64,000 nt of DNA, from assembly GCF_009914755.1 (NCBI RefSeq), contig NC_060926.1, one strand, 5' to 3'. The DNA is from the human T2T-CHM13v2.0 reference genome, Homo sapiens. A program made the translations under genes and the position numbers. The notes under the pieces were generated by a model, which made no database searches, was not told the origin of the DNA, and saw nothing but the letters and a program-made list of their open reading frames with translations. Of the stretch, positions 1 through 12,298 are shown one piece after another. Every line of letters starts with the position of its first letter. Positions within the stretch are counted from its first letter, which is position 1.

Positions 1-689
1 TAGAGTGTATACTTTTTGTTGTCAATGATCAATCACCCTTTACCTTTGAAGTACATGAAGTTTTTAGTGTGGTTTTTGGGGGACTCAATATTTATAGGGG
101 GCCAAAAATATTTCATGAGTGTAATTTAGGAGAGAAAAACTCTATGCCTATTATAATTCTGGGCAGAGAGTCATAGAAAATTTTAATGTGTTCTCTACTA
201 TGCACAAATAAAAGAAATGAATAAAATATCTGTGTTCAGTAACATAATATTTATGTAATTAAGAAATAAGATTATACAGGTAGAATAAAGTTTATATTTT
301 ACTTATGCCTTTGTATTATGTTGAGCCACATGAAATTTCTAGTTTTTGCAGATTAAAAATGGTTGGATATTTAGTTTTTTATTATTTAACTTAAAATATT
401 CTTATTTTCATATATATTTTCTAATTCAATAAGTAAAAATTAACTTTTGTTTTTTGGTAATTTTATACAATATGTTTCAAAGTATAACATTACAATTGAT
501 GCATATTATTCCAAATTATGCCTAGTAACTGCATCTCTTAAAATAGAAAATTACCATCCTTCAATTCTTTTGACATTTTCATAAAGGAATAATAATAATT
601 AGTAGCAGTAGTAATATTGGAGAAGCATGCCTGACCTTGTTAATACCTTCCAAGGTATCTTACCAAGAGAATCCAGATTTTATTCAGAG

Positions 690-1112
690 TAGCAATATGC
701 CCAGATAAATGTCCTGCCTCAGCCAGGCTACCTTGTTGTTAGGGGTGGCCATGTCACACTGTTCTTGCCAATAAGACATAAGCCAAAGTTGGATAAGGAT
801 CTCTGGGAAAGTTTTGCCCTTCCTCAGGCAAGTGGGATAGTCATTACTTCTGCTTCGTTCTATTTCTTTCTCTACCTGGGTATTGGATATAAAGCTGTAG
901 GTGGAACAGTCACCTCTAATCATAGGCATTAATATAGAAGAAAAAACACATGTGAAGACTGGCAGAAGGGAGAAGAGATGGAGCCTAGGACATGGAGGCC
1001 ACGTGGACTGCTGATCTGTGGATGTTTTAAAATATGAAAACAGAATGTTCTATCCAGTTATGCCAATGTAGTTAAGTCTCTGTTGCATGCAGTTAAACAG
1101 AGTCCTGACTCA
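690..1112 (+). mobile_element. Old MaLR LTR (MLT1-like)
   Basis: gggtggccatgtcac...gccaat and terminal ...tgcagttaaacagagtcctgact resemble MLT1 consensus motifs. Confidence 0.55.
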
Positions 1113-2337
1113 GAAATAGCCAAAAATAACAAAACACACACACAAAAAAATAGGGATTACCCATGTACCCTTAAGTAAAATAGGTTTATTCAAATAGTTA
1201 AGATCTTAACATGTGTACCTTGGTGTGGCAGTAAGTGTACTCCCTAGCCCCTAATATAGCCTTAATGTGAAAGATAATATAATAATAAATCAATTCTACT
1301 TAATACATTGTCCTGAGAGAACACAAAGGTTCAAAGAGAGCAAAGTGATGTGTAGAAAAAATTATGCCAAATTGATTTAATACTTTTCTGTAATAACATA
1401 ATAAGTCATGACAAAGGAGATGCTTTAAAGGCAATGATCTGGACTTTAGTGATATTTCTGAGTCACTTGCCAATTTCATCAACAAGCCAGGGAGAGCTGG
1501 ATAAGTCTTAGTAGCACTAAGAACCTCATAGTTACCTCAGCAAGGTTTTCACCTAGAGAAGAATGAATGTATCAGGCAGAAGCTACAAGAACTTGAATTT
1601 GGTCTAGATGAGTTTGTCATATTTATCAATAATTTGCATGAAAAAATAGACACATTAATATATGCAAAAATAAATATACAGATACACATGAAATACCATA
1701 ATGTATAAAATATGCATTTAATACTGAATAAATGGAAAGGAAAGGGTTATGTAGTCTTGAGAAAGAAATATATTCTAGAAGTAAAATCAGTTTTACTTTT
1801 CAATAAAGAAGGGAATAAGATAGTTTTGAAGAAACAAATTTAAACACCTAAAATATAAAAATCACACATTATTACCAAGGTAGACTATAACCTAATCAGT
1901 CAGCATTAAGGTGGATTAGAAGCACAATATCAGAATCCCAATGAATCAGCAAATGTACAATACCATTACAACAGAAAATTTCACCCTGAATTACACCATT
2001 ACAGAGGTATAGCAGAAAACAATTATACTACTACTCATTTTCTTGCCTTTCTATGGCATGTAGTATAATGATTACAGCTTGGGGTTTAAATTTAAAAAGA
2101 CCCCCAGATACGTCCATGACTAACCAAATCTTTTCTTAATCTTTTAGAATCGCAGTCATCTGCAAATATAGATGCATTATATTTACTTCCTAAGGAGGTC
2201 ACAAAGACGAAAATTATATAATGTGTGTAAAGGGGCTACTGTATACATTTTATCCGTGTGTGTGTGCGTGCTTTCTTCTTTTGCATCCACCTCTCAAATG
2301 TGTTTGATCCGCTGTTCTCAGCTGCTGTCTGTGGTTC

Positions 2338-2795
2338 TGTCATGAAGTAGATGCTCTAAGGCACTGTCCACATCCTGCTTTCCAGCAAGCTGCTCATTCC
2401 CCCAGCTGCCAAAAGTGTTGGATGCTGAAGGCTCACATCTGAATCCCTCTTTGGGCCTTATCGTGGCAGAAGGGAGGTGCTTCCCCCAAGGTTATACCCT
2501 TCTCCCCTGGAAAGGTAAAGGGAGAGCCTGCATCCAATGAATGGTGTGGAGAAGAAAGGCCTGACCCTCTTGCTTTGTTTTGGAACTACTCCAGAGGGTT
2601 GTCACAGCATCAGAGATGCCAATAGGATCAGCCGAAATCTCTGTTGCAATTTTAACAGTTCAACTTCTCTCTCTGCCCAATAATTTTGCATGCCTCACTT
2701 TTTACAGATGTTACGTTTCGTTCCTGAAAACACTTCTCAGTAAATCTCAGATTTCTCTCTCAGGATTGGTTTCCCAGGGAACTGACCCCTACACA
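2338..2795 (+). mobile_element. ERVL solo LTR (LTR16-like)
   Basis: cccagctgc...gctgaaggctcac, gcctgcatccaatga, and 3' end ttcccagggaactgacccctacaca. Confidence 0.6.
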
Positions 2796-3042
2796 ATCCC
2801 GTGATTAATGAAAGTTAGCATACAAAATCCCAACCTATCTACAACTCTGACTTTTCTTCTTTCCTTAAGATTTATCTTTCCATATACCTCCTGTTCAGGT
2901 TCACTGCCTGTACTGCAAGTAGTTCAAATTTATGATGCCACCAAATTAAACTCTGTATTTCCCCTACCTCCTCAATTTTCTCCTCCATCAGTGTATTCTT
3001 AATTGTATCAATAACCATCTAGTCTTCTAAGTCAAAATTCTT

Positions 3043-3472
3043 TGTTGTGGGTTGAATTGTAATCCTCCAAAAGTTATGTTGAAGTCCTAACCCTGGCATG
3101 TTTGAGTGTGATCTTATTTGGAAATATGGTCTTTGCAGACACAATGAAGATGAGGTCATTGTGTGGGTCCAAATCCAATATAACTGGGGTCCTTATAAGA
3201 AGAAAAGACCGAGACACACAGGGAGAAAACTACGTGAGTACCGGGCCAGAGATTGGGATGATGCAGCTGCAAGCTGCAAGGATTGCCAACAACCTCCAAA
3301 GTTAGAAAGCAGCAAGGCAGGATACTTACTAGAGCCTTTAGAGAAATCATGGCCTTGCTCAGACCTTGATTTCAGACTTCTAGCCTCCAGAACTGGCAAA
3401 AGAATAAATTTCTGTTGTTGTAAGCCACTGAGTTTTGCTAATTTGTTACAACAGCCGTAAGAAACTAATACA
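3043..3472 (+). mobile_element. MaLR solo LTR (MLT1B/C-like)
   Basis: TG...CA ends, gggttgaattgt...tatttggaaat...aagatgaggtcat, agaataaatttctgttg, and end gaaactaataca. Confidence 0.85.
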
Positions 3473-4347
3473 TCCTTGGATCAGCTCACAATCTTATATA
3501 TCTAGACCCTGAGCCCTTATATTTTAACTTTCAAGTTAATCCCGATATTAAATTGTTGCAGCTGTGTGAGAACATGATCTTTTTTCCCTCAGCAATTCTT
3601 AGCACAGTGCTTAGAGCATAGTAAGGTGTAATAAATATTTATTGACAAATGGGTGCATTTCATACTTCCTTTAAGGCTTCTAATGAGGAAGCACTTCACT
3701 GCCAGTGGTAAAAAAGCCTGTGTAGTGTGTTGTTAATGTTTGGAGTGTGCTTGGAGGGCTTCATTGCACTTCAGGAGAAGGCTGACTCTGAGAAGAGCCA
3801 TCAGTTCAGTGCCTGCATTCTTAGAAACAGTGAAAAGAGTATTATTCTCATGGGTACCTTTGAGATAACAGCGTGTCTTTCTTGATTCTGACACTGACTA
3901 TCTCTTCAGAGAAGTGCTATTGTTCTATTTCCATTTGTTTCCTCAGAACTGTTTAAGATATTTGACTAAACCGTTTGTTTTAACTCATCTCTTTGGTTAT
4001 TTTCTGATAAGAGGTTTTACTGTAAAATATTTTGATTTGATTCTGGAGTGTATTTTTAACTGTCTATCAGGTTGAGGAAATCTGTCAACCTGAAAACTTA
4101 TACTAGGAGAGCACTGAAAATTCTCCATAAACTCTGTTGAGAAACCAGGATGCTAGGTCATAAAAGAGAGGGTTTTTGGGTAGGGAGAAGAGAGGGAGAG
4201 ATATCAAAGGTCAGTGATGTTTTTTCCCCTTGCTCAAAATGCAGGTTCTTAAACAAGCAAAAGGGGAAATATACCCATAGCCCCTGAATAAAGAAAATAA
4301 TATCTCAGAAACCTGAATCCAAGTAAGCTAGGGATTAAGTTGGCATC

Positions 4348-7310
4348 ATTTATTTTAAAAATTATTGACACATAATAATTGTACATATTTATGGGGTACA
4401 TGTGATAGTTTGATACATGTATACATTATATAATTATCAAATAGGGTAACTAGCAGATCCATAGCTTTGAACATTTACCATTTCTTTGTGAGGAGACCAT
4501 TTAAAAACTTCTAGCTATTTTGAAATATACAACACATTATGGTTAACTCTAGTCATCCAACGATTCAATAGAACACCAGAACTTATTCTTTCTATCTCAC
4601 TGTAGCTTTGTACCTGTTGACCAATCTTTCCCCACACCTCGCTCCTCCAAGCCTCCCATCCTCCGATAACCACTATTCTACTATCTACTTCTATGACAAC
4701 CCTTTAGATTCCACATATGTGTGAGATATTTGACTTTCTGTGCCTGGCTGATTTCACTTAACATAATGTCCTCCAGGTTCATTCATGTTGCCACAAATAA
4801 CAGGATTTCATTATTTCTTATGGCTGAATGGCGTTCAATTTTTCTTATGTACATTTTCTTTATGCATTTATTTATTTACGATCATTTAGGTTAATATGAT
4901 AACTTGGCTATTGTGAACAGTGCAGCAATAAACATATAGGAGTACAGTATTCTATGTTTACTGTATCTCTTCAACATACTGATTTCATTTCATCTGGATA
5001 TTTACTTAGTATTGGGACTGCTGGATCATATGAAAATTCTATTTTTAATTTTTTAAAGAACCCCCATATTACTTTCCATAATGGTGGTACTAATTTACAT
5101 TCTCACAATCAGTGTGTAAGGATTCCCTTTTCTCCATATCCTTTAAACACTTATATCTTTTGATTTTTTGATGGTAGCCATTTTAACTAGGGTGAGGAGA
5201 TACCTCAAGATAGGTTTGATTTGCATTTCCCTGGTGATTAGTGATGTTGAGCATATTTTCATTTATCTGTTGGCATTTCTTTGTCTTCTTTTGAGAAATA
5301 TCTATTCAGGTCTTTTGTCCATTTTTGAATTATTTGTTTTTTTTGTCGTTGTTGAGTTGTTTGAGTTCCTTGTATGTTTTAGATATTAACCCATTATCAG
5401 ATGCATAGTTTACAAATTTATTTTCCCATTCTGTAGGTTATCTCTTCACTCTATTGATTGTTTGCCTTGCTGTGCAGAAGCTTTTTAGTTTAATATAATC
5501 CAATTTGTCTATATTTGCTTTTGTTGCCTGTGCTTTTTAGGTTTTATCCAAAAAAATCCTTGCCTAGAACAACATCATGAAGCTTTCCCCCTGTTTTTTT
5601 TCTTCTCTAATAGTTGTGTAGTTTTCAGTCTTACATTTAAGTAGTCTATTTTGAGTTGACTTGTGTATAAAGTAAGAGATAAAGGTCTAATTTCATTCTT
5701 TTGCATGTGGCTATTCAGTTTGCCCAGAACCATTTACTAAAGAGGCTGTCCTTTCTCTATTATAGGTACTTGGAACCTTGTCAAAACTCAGTTGACTGTA
5801 TATGTGTAGATTTATTTCTGGGCTCTCTATTCTTATGTATTGCTCTGTGTGTCTGTTTTATGTCAGTATCATTCTGTTTGGTTACTATAGCTTTATAGTA
5901 TGTTTTGAAGTCAGTTAGTGTGAAGCCATCAGCTTTGTTCTTTTTGTTCCAGGTTACTTGGGCTATTTAGGGTCTTTTGTGGTTTCATACAAATGTTAGG
6001 ACTTTTTTTTTTTTTTCTGTAAAGAATGTCACTGGTATTTTGATAGGGATTGCATTAAACCTGTAGATTGCTTTGGGTAATATGGACATTTTAAAAATAA
6101 TAATTATTCTAATCCATGAACATGGAATATCTTTCCCTTTTTGTGTCCTCTTCAATTTCTCTCACCAATATTTTATAGTTTTCATTGTAAATATATTTCA
6201 CCTCCTTGTTTAAATTTATTTCTAGGTATTTTATTTTTTGTAGCTATTGTAAATGGGATTGCTTTCTTATTTTCAGATTATTTGTTGTTAACATATAGAA
6301 ATAATATTGATTTTTGCATGTTGATTTTGTGTCCTCCAACATTACTGAATTCATTTATGAAATCTACTACTTTTTTTCATGGGGTCATTAGAACTCTCTA
6401 TATCTAAGATCAGATCATATAAAAACAAAGAGAATTTGACTTCCTTCTTTCCAATTTAAATGTCCTTTATTTCTTTCTCTTGCCTGATTGCTCTGGCTAG
6501 AATTTCATTACTATGTTGAATAAAAGTAGTGAAAGTGGGCATCCTTATCTTGTTCCAGATCTTGGAGAGAAAGCTTTCAGCTCTTCCCTGGTTAGTATCA
6601 TGTTAGCTGTGGGTTTGTTACATATGGCCTTCATTACATTAAGGTATGTTTCTTCTATACTTAATTTGTTGATAATTTTTATCAAATAAAGGATACTGGA
6701 TTTTATAAAATGCTTTTTCTCTGTCTATTGAGATGATTATATGGTTTTTATGTTTCATTCTGTTGATATAATATAGAAAGTTTATTGTTCTGCAAATGTT
6801 GAAACATCTTTGCATCCCTGGGACGATTTCCAGTTGAGCATGGTGAATAATCTTTTTGATAGGCTGTTGGATTTGAGTTGCTAGTATTTTGTTGGGGCAT
6901 TTTGCATCTGTGTTCATCAGGGATAGTGGCCTTCAGCTTTCTTTTCGTGTGTGTGTGTCCCTGTCTTGTTCTGGTATTGGGGTAATATTGGCCTTGTAGA
7001 ATGAATTTAGAAGAATTCCTTTCCTTTCGATTTTTTTGGAATAATTTAAGAAGAATTAGTATTAGTTCTTCTTTAAATGTTTGGTAGAATTCATCAGTGA
7101 AGCCATGTGGTCCTGGACTTTTCTTTGCTAGGAGAGTTTTTATTACTGATTCAATCTTGTTACTCATTATTGGTCTGTTTGAGTTTTCCATTTCTTCATG
7201 ATACAGTCTTGGCAAGTTGTATGTGTTGAGTAATTTATCAATTTCCATTAGGTTTTCCAATTTGTTGGAGTATGATTGTTCATAGTAGTCTCTATTGATC
7301 AGTAGCTGCT
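4348..7310 (-). mobile_element. 5'-truncated old L1 (L1MA-like): 3'UTR plus decayed ORF2
   Basis: L1MA-type 3' end (ttgtacatatttatggggtacatgtgata). ORF2 remnants 6639-7314 ([21 protein letters not shown]; KNHIIISID). Confidence 0.9.
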
Positions 7311-8952
7311 GCAAACGTTGTTAATGATTCTGAAGTTGCATCCAAATTTAGGCAAACAATTCAAAGGATATGATCCAGAACAGGCATTTGTAATAAAGTC
7401 CCCAAGTATGTCTTTCACACACTAAAATTCTGAAGCACTGATCTTCATCACGCTATCTCTTTTAAATTCAATCTGTAACCAATAGCTACTTACAGTGTGT
7501 ATATAAGCACTCAATTCCATACTTATAATAATTGTACATTGAGCACTTTTCAATAAGCATTTGTCTAATTATTTATGAGAATCATATAATCTTTATTACA
7601 ATCTATTTTACACATAAATAAACTGAAAAAAATGTTTTTGTAAATTGCTCAAGGTCTTATCAAAAGCTAAGATTTGAGGCAAATATTCTATCTTAAAAAG
7701 TGGCATTCTTAACTATATCCCAAGGTAGTGGCTAAGACTTAATGACATAAATATATAAATTAGGAGTTACTTTCTATTGGGTAATTCAATTTGCCTCTTT
7801 GGCTCATCCAGGCTCATCACAAACACAACCATCACTATTTCAAAGGCATCTCAGATACGAAAAAAATAAAAGTTGCAAAAGAGGGAATTCACAGTTCAAG
7901 ACTCTGGGAACTCAAGTGGGAGATGAAGATTATGAGAATTAGAGCAGGAAAAGTTAGCATAGGAGGATTAAAGACATTTTAGACAAATAAATAAAATGTA
8001 CACTATTTTAGTGATCTGAATGGGAAAACAAAACAAAACAAAAATGACAGAATTTAAACTGGAAACATTTTAATCTGAAGAGGCTGGAAAGAAAGACCTT
8101 AGATGTAAGGTTTTTATAGTTGACCACAGCTTAATATCTTATCAAACAAATTTCCTCTAGATCTTGAACCTTCATTATTTCTCAATTCTTATATTTTCAG
8201 GTAGGTTTGTCTATACTTAATATGACATACTTTGAGATACGTCATGGAAAATTTTTTATGAAGAAGGGTAAACTTTCAAAGTTCATAATTAGAAGTCAGT
8301 AGCACTAAGAACCTGAGTTCTTAAGTAATAATAATGATGCAGAAATCGATGACAACAAAAACTTTTTTTAAAATGGCTTGCTAATTCAAACACTATGCTA
8401 CATGACTTAAAAATACTAGCTTGTGTATCTGTTACTACAACCTCTAAGGTAGCCACAAACTCCTGTATATTTAATTGTGCATACCATGGAAATGTAATAG
8501 AGTAAGAATGTACACTCTTTTATCATATAGATATAACCATTATGTAATGAGAAAAAAATTAGTGAAAATCAAGAATATTAGAATATTAACATCAAATGAT
8601 TTTTAGACAACTCAGTTTATAGGGCACTAGATTTCATACGCTTTCGGAAGGGCTCATGGAATAAGTGACAGAGTAATTTTATGAATGGTTAAAATAATCT
8701 ATTTCAGTTATAAAATACAAATAAAATCACTAGTTATAAAAGATAGCTAACCATTATGACAACACACCTTCATCTGCATGCCACAGATATATAAATTCTA
8801 TAGCTGCATGGCTTTATACCCCAGGGGAGACAAATTATTAAGTCCAATAGGAATGTTTGTTTTGTGTTTCAAATGGACAAAGAGAGGACAAGAGAGGTAG
8901 AAATTCCATTGAGCTATAAGTCACAAGCCTAGGACTCTTGACATGGCTCTGC

Positions 8953-9016
8953 CTTTATAACTGTATAACTCTATAACTCTAGATTTATAACTGTATAACT
9001 CTAGCTTTATAACTGT
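8953..9016. repeat. Short tandem array of (TATAACTG/TATAACTC) units
   Basis: ctttataactgtataactcta recurs about three times. Confidence 0.8.
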
Positions 9017-9561
9017 GAATAAAATCACTTCCTTTTAATGAGTCTGCTTTTTCAGTTAGAAAATGAAGTGCTAAATGGAAAGTTCTATAAGGTTCCCTTA
9101 AAAATGTTGCAACTCAACATACTAAGAATAAGAATTTTGTCAGCAGCTAAGGAGATCCATGAAAGGTCAGCCATTGACTTTAAATGAAAGAAAAATGAAC
9201 AGGTAAGAAATAATTCCTCATAAATGTTAAGAAATAATTTCAGAAGTCTTTGGTTGACTTTCCCCAGCTCCTGAAGTGCTTTAACACCTAGAATCCAAGT
9301 TTTATTCTGAGAGCAACTGTCTGCCAGGCAATTGGAGTTTATAATTTTAATCTTCTTTAAATGGGTGACAGAGTTAGTTAGAAAAAAATAGGTGACTGAG
9401 TTAGTTTCCCTTTCCATATGATACTAAACCTAGATGCCTGCTCCTTAAAAGGCATACGTGGAATCTGATTTTCTAACTTTAAGCTGAAATGAACACGGTT
9501 TTAAAATTTTGGGAGTATTACTTCTTCCATGTAGAACATTTTAAAATATACAAATAAAATA

Positions 9562-9888
9562 CAGCTGGCCTTCTGTATCCCTGGGTCCCACATCTGTAGA
9601 GTCAACCAACTACAGATGGAAAATAATTGGAAAAAATAAATATAAAAATACAACAATAAAAATAGTACAAATAAAAAATATAGTAAAACAAATATTTACA
9701 TTGTGTCAGTGATTTACTTTTACATTATAAGTAATCTGAAGATAATTTAAAGTGTACATATGAGAGGATGTGTGTAGGTTTTATGGTAAACATTGTGCCA
9801 TTTTATATAAAGGAATTGAGCATCTGCAGATTTTAGTCTCTGTGGGGGGCCTTCAAACTACTCGCCCATAGATATCGAGGGATGACTA
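9562..9888 (-). mobile_element. Tigger-derived MITE (MER2-like)
   Basis: Imperfect terminal inverted repeats cagctggccttctgtatcc / gatatcgagggatgact. Interior matches the MER2 reverse complement. Confidence 0.75.
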
Positions 9889-10060
9889 GATTTGATTCCT
9901 TACTTTACCGTCTTGGAAAAAATGTCCTTGGCTACATAGAAACATATATCATGATTTATTTATTTAATCATTTATTCACTCAATTAAATATAGAGCATTT
10001 TATTTTATTTTGTTTTAATTTAATTTAATCTTATGTATTTAATTTAATCTTATGTATTGA

Positions 10061-10178
10061 TTTTTTTTGAGACAGAGTCTCACTCTGTAGTCCAAGCTGG
10101 AGTGCAGCGGTGCGATCTTGGCTTACTGCAACCTCCGCCTCTGGAGCTCAAGTGATTCTCATGCCTCAGCCTCCTGAG
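10061..10178 (-). mobile_element. Truncated Alu (right-arm 3' part)
   Basis: polyT-gagacagagtctcactctg...gcctcagcctcctgag, followed shortly by (TA)n. Confidence 0.9.
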
Positions 10179-10999
10179 CATTTTACTGATATATATATAT
10201 ATATATATCAGTCATGATTATTCCATATAATCTCGTTTTCCAAGTCCACTATAAATTCATGGAGGGTGGAGTCTTAGTAAGTTAAGGAGATAGAAGATAT
10301 TTGGTAAATATCTGTCAAATACTTTCTAACATGAGCTAGAGAAAACAAAAGATTATTTTTAAATGATGCCTTAAGACTTGAAAGCAATCTCATAAAAGTA
10401 ATTTGTAATACGGTTGTTATATTTCACAATAAAAATAAAACTCAATACATACCTTGACTCACTAGAAATATGCAGGTAAGGGTGGGAGAGGAGGGCACAA
10501 AAAAAGGTTTTAAAGAGTTCCTGTTCTCAATGAATTTACAGTACTATTTGATGCATACCATAATTTCTCAAAAAATTAAAATTTAAGATTACTGAATCCA
10601 GGAAGAAGTATAAAATTGTTTGTGGTTCAAAATGAGAAGGGACTACATCCATTTGGGGAGAAATTAGGAGGGATGAAATAAATAACATTTTGAGAACATT
10701 GAGTATGGTTCTAAACATTTTACATGTATTAACGTGTTAATTCATTTAACCCTGACCCAACTGCGATTTAAGTATTAACAATTTAATAGATGATAAATAC
10801 AAGGGTGATGCCTTGAAGGATTTTGACTGGAGAAGGAAATCCCAAGCAAAGTGTGGAGAGTGTTTATGACCTAAAAGGAAATTGGTTTGGTACAGGTAAA
10901 AATCTATGGGTGAGCACTAGGAGATAGAGCTGGTCAAAGCTGGTTAGGGCCATAGTGTGAAGGCTTTGTGCACAGTACATAATTCGAGACTTTGGGGAT

Positions 11000-11316
11000 G
11001 GCCAGGCGTGGTGGCTCACTCCTGTAATCTCAGCAACTGGGGAAAAAGTTTGAAGAATTGCCTGAGTCCAGTAGTTTGAGACCAGCCTGGGAAACATAGT
11101 GAAACCTTGTCTCTACAAACTTTTTTAAAAAAATTAGCTGGGTGTTGTGGCATGGGTGTGTAGTCCCAGCAACTCAGGAGGTGGAGGCAGGAGGATCACT
11201 TGAGCCCAGGAGTTCAAGGTTGCAGTAAGCTATGATAGCACCACTGTACTCCAGCCTGGGCAACAGAGTGAGACCTGTCTCCGTTTTTTAAAAAAAAGAA
11301 GAGAGAGAGAGAGAGC
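11000..11316 (+). mobile_element. AluJ-like with A/(GA)n tail
   Basis: Full dimer with decayed TSD cgagactttggggat / cgatactttgcggat. Confidence 0.9.
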
Positions 11317-11788
11317 GATACTTTGCGGATCATGGATACATCATGAGAGTGAAATGATTAGGACTGAATCTGCATGAGCGAAAATAATCAAATAAGTAAA
11401 CTAGAGTAAATGCAAAATGGAAGCAGAGGCATCAGTTGAGACTCTGCTTGAAATGGTTTAGGCAAAAAGTAGTGAGTACAAAGGAAAGGTGATGAAAAGG
11501 AGAGGTGGATTCAAACAGGCACTGTGGAGGGAGACTGTGTAACTTTTCAACTGACAGGAAACATGGGATGAAGCATGGGAAGGCTCAAAGATACCTTTGA
11601 GCTTTCTCATACAGCTAAGTAAGATTAAATCAATTATTAAGAACTAGTAAGAAAACTTTACCAGATGAATCTTCAGGAAGCTGTTGTGTAAAGTCACGCA
11701 CAAAAACTATCCATCACTACATGCAATGTTAAGAAGAACTTATGACAATAGAAATATGAAATTTTCATTCATTTCATACTAATTGTTA

Positions 11789-12298
<510 letters not shown>

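Noticed and set aside
3098-3460. Four overlapping ORFs
   Set aside because: All lie within an MLT1 LTR and are chance open frames.
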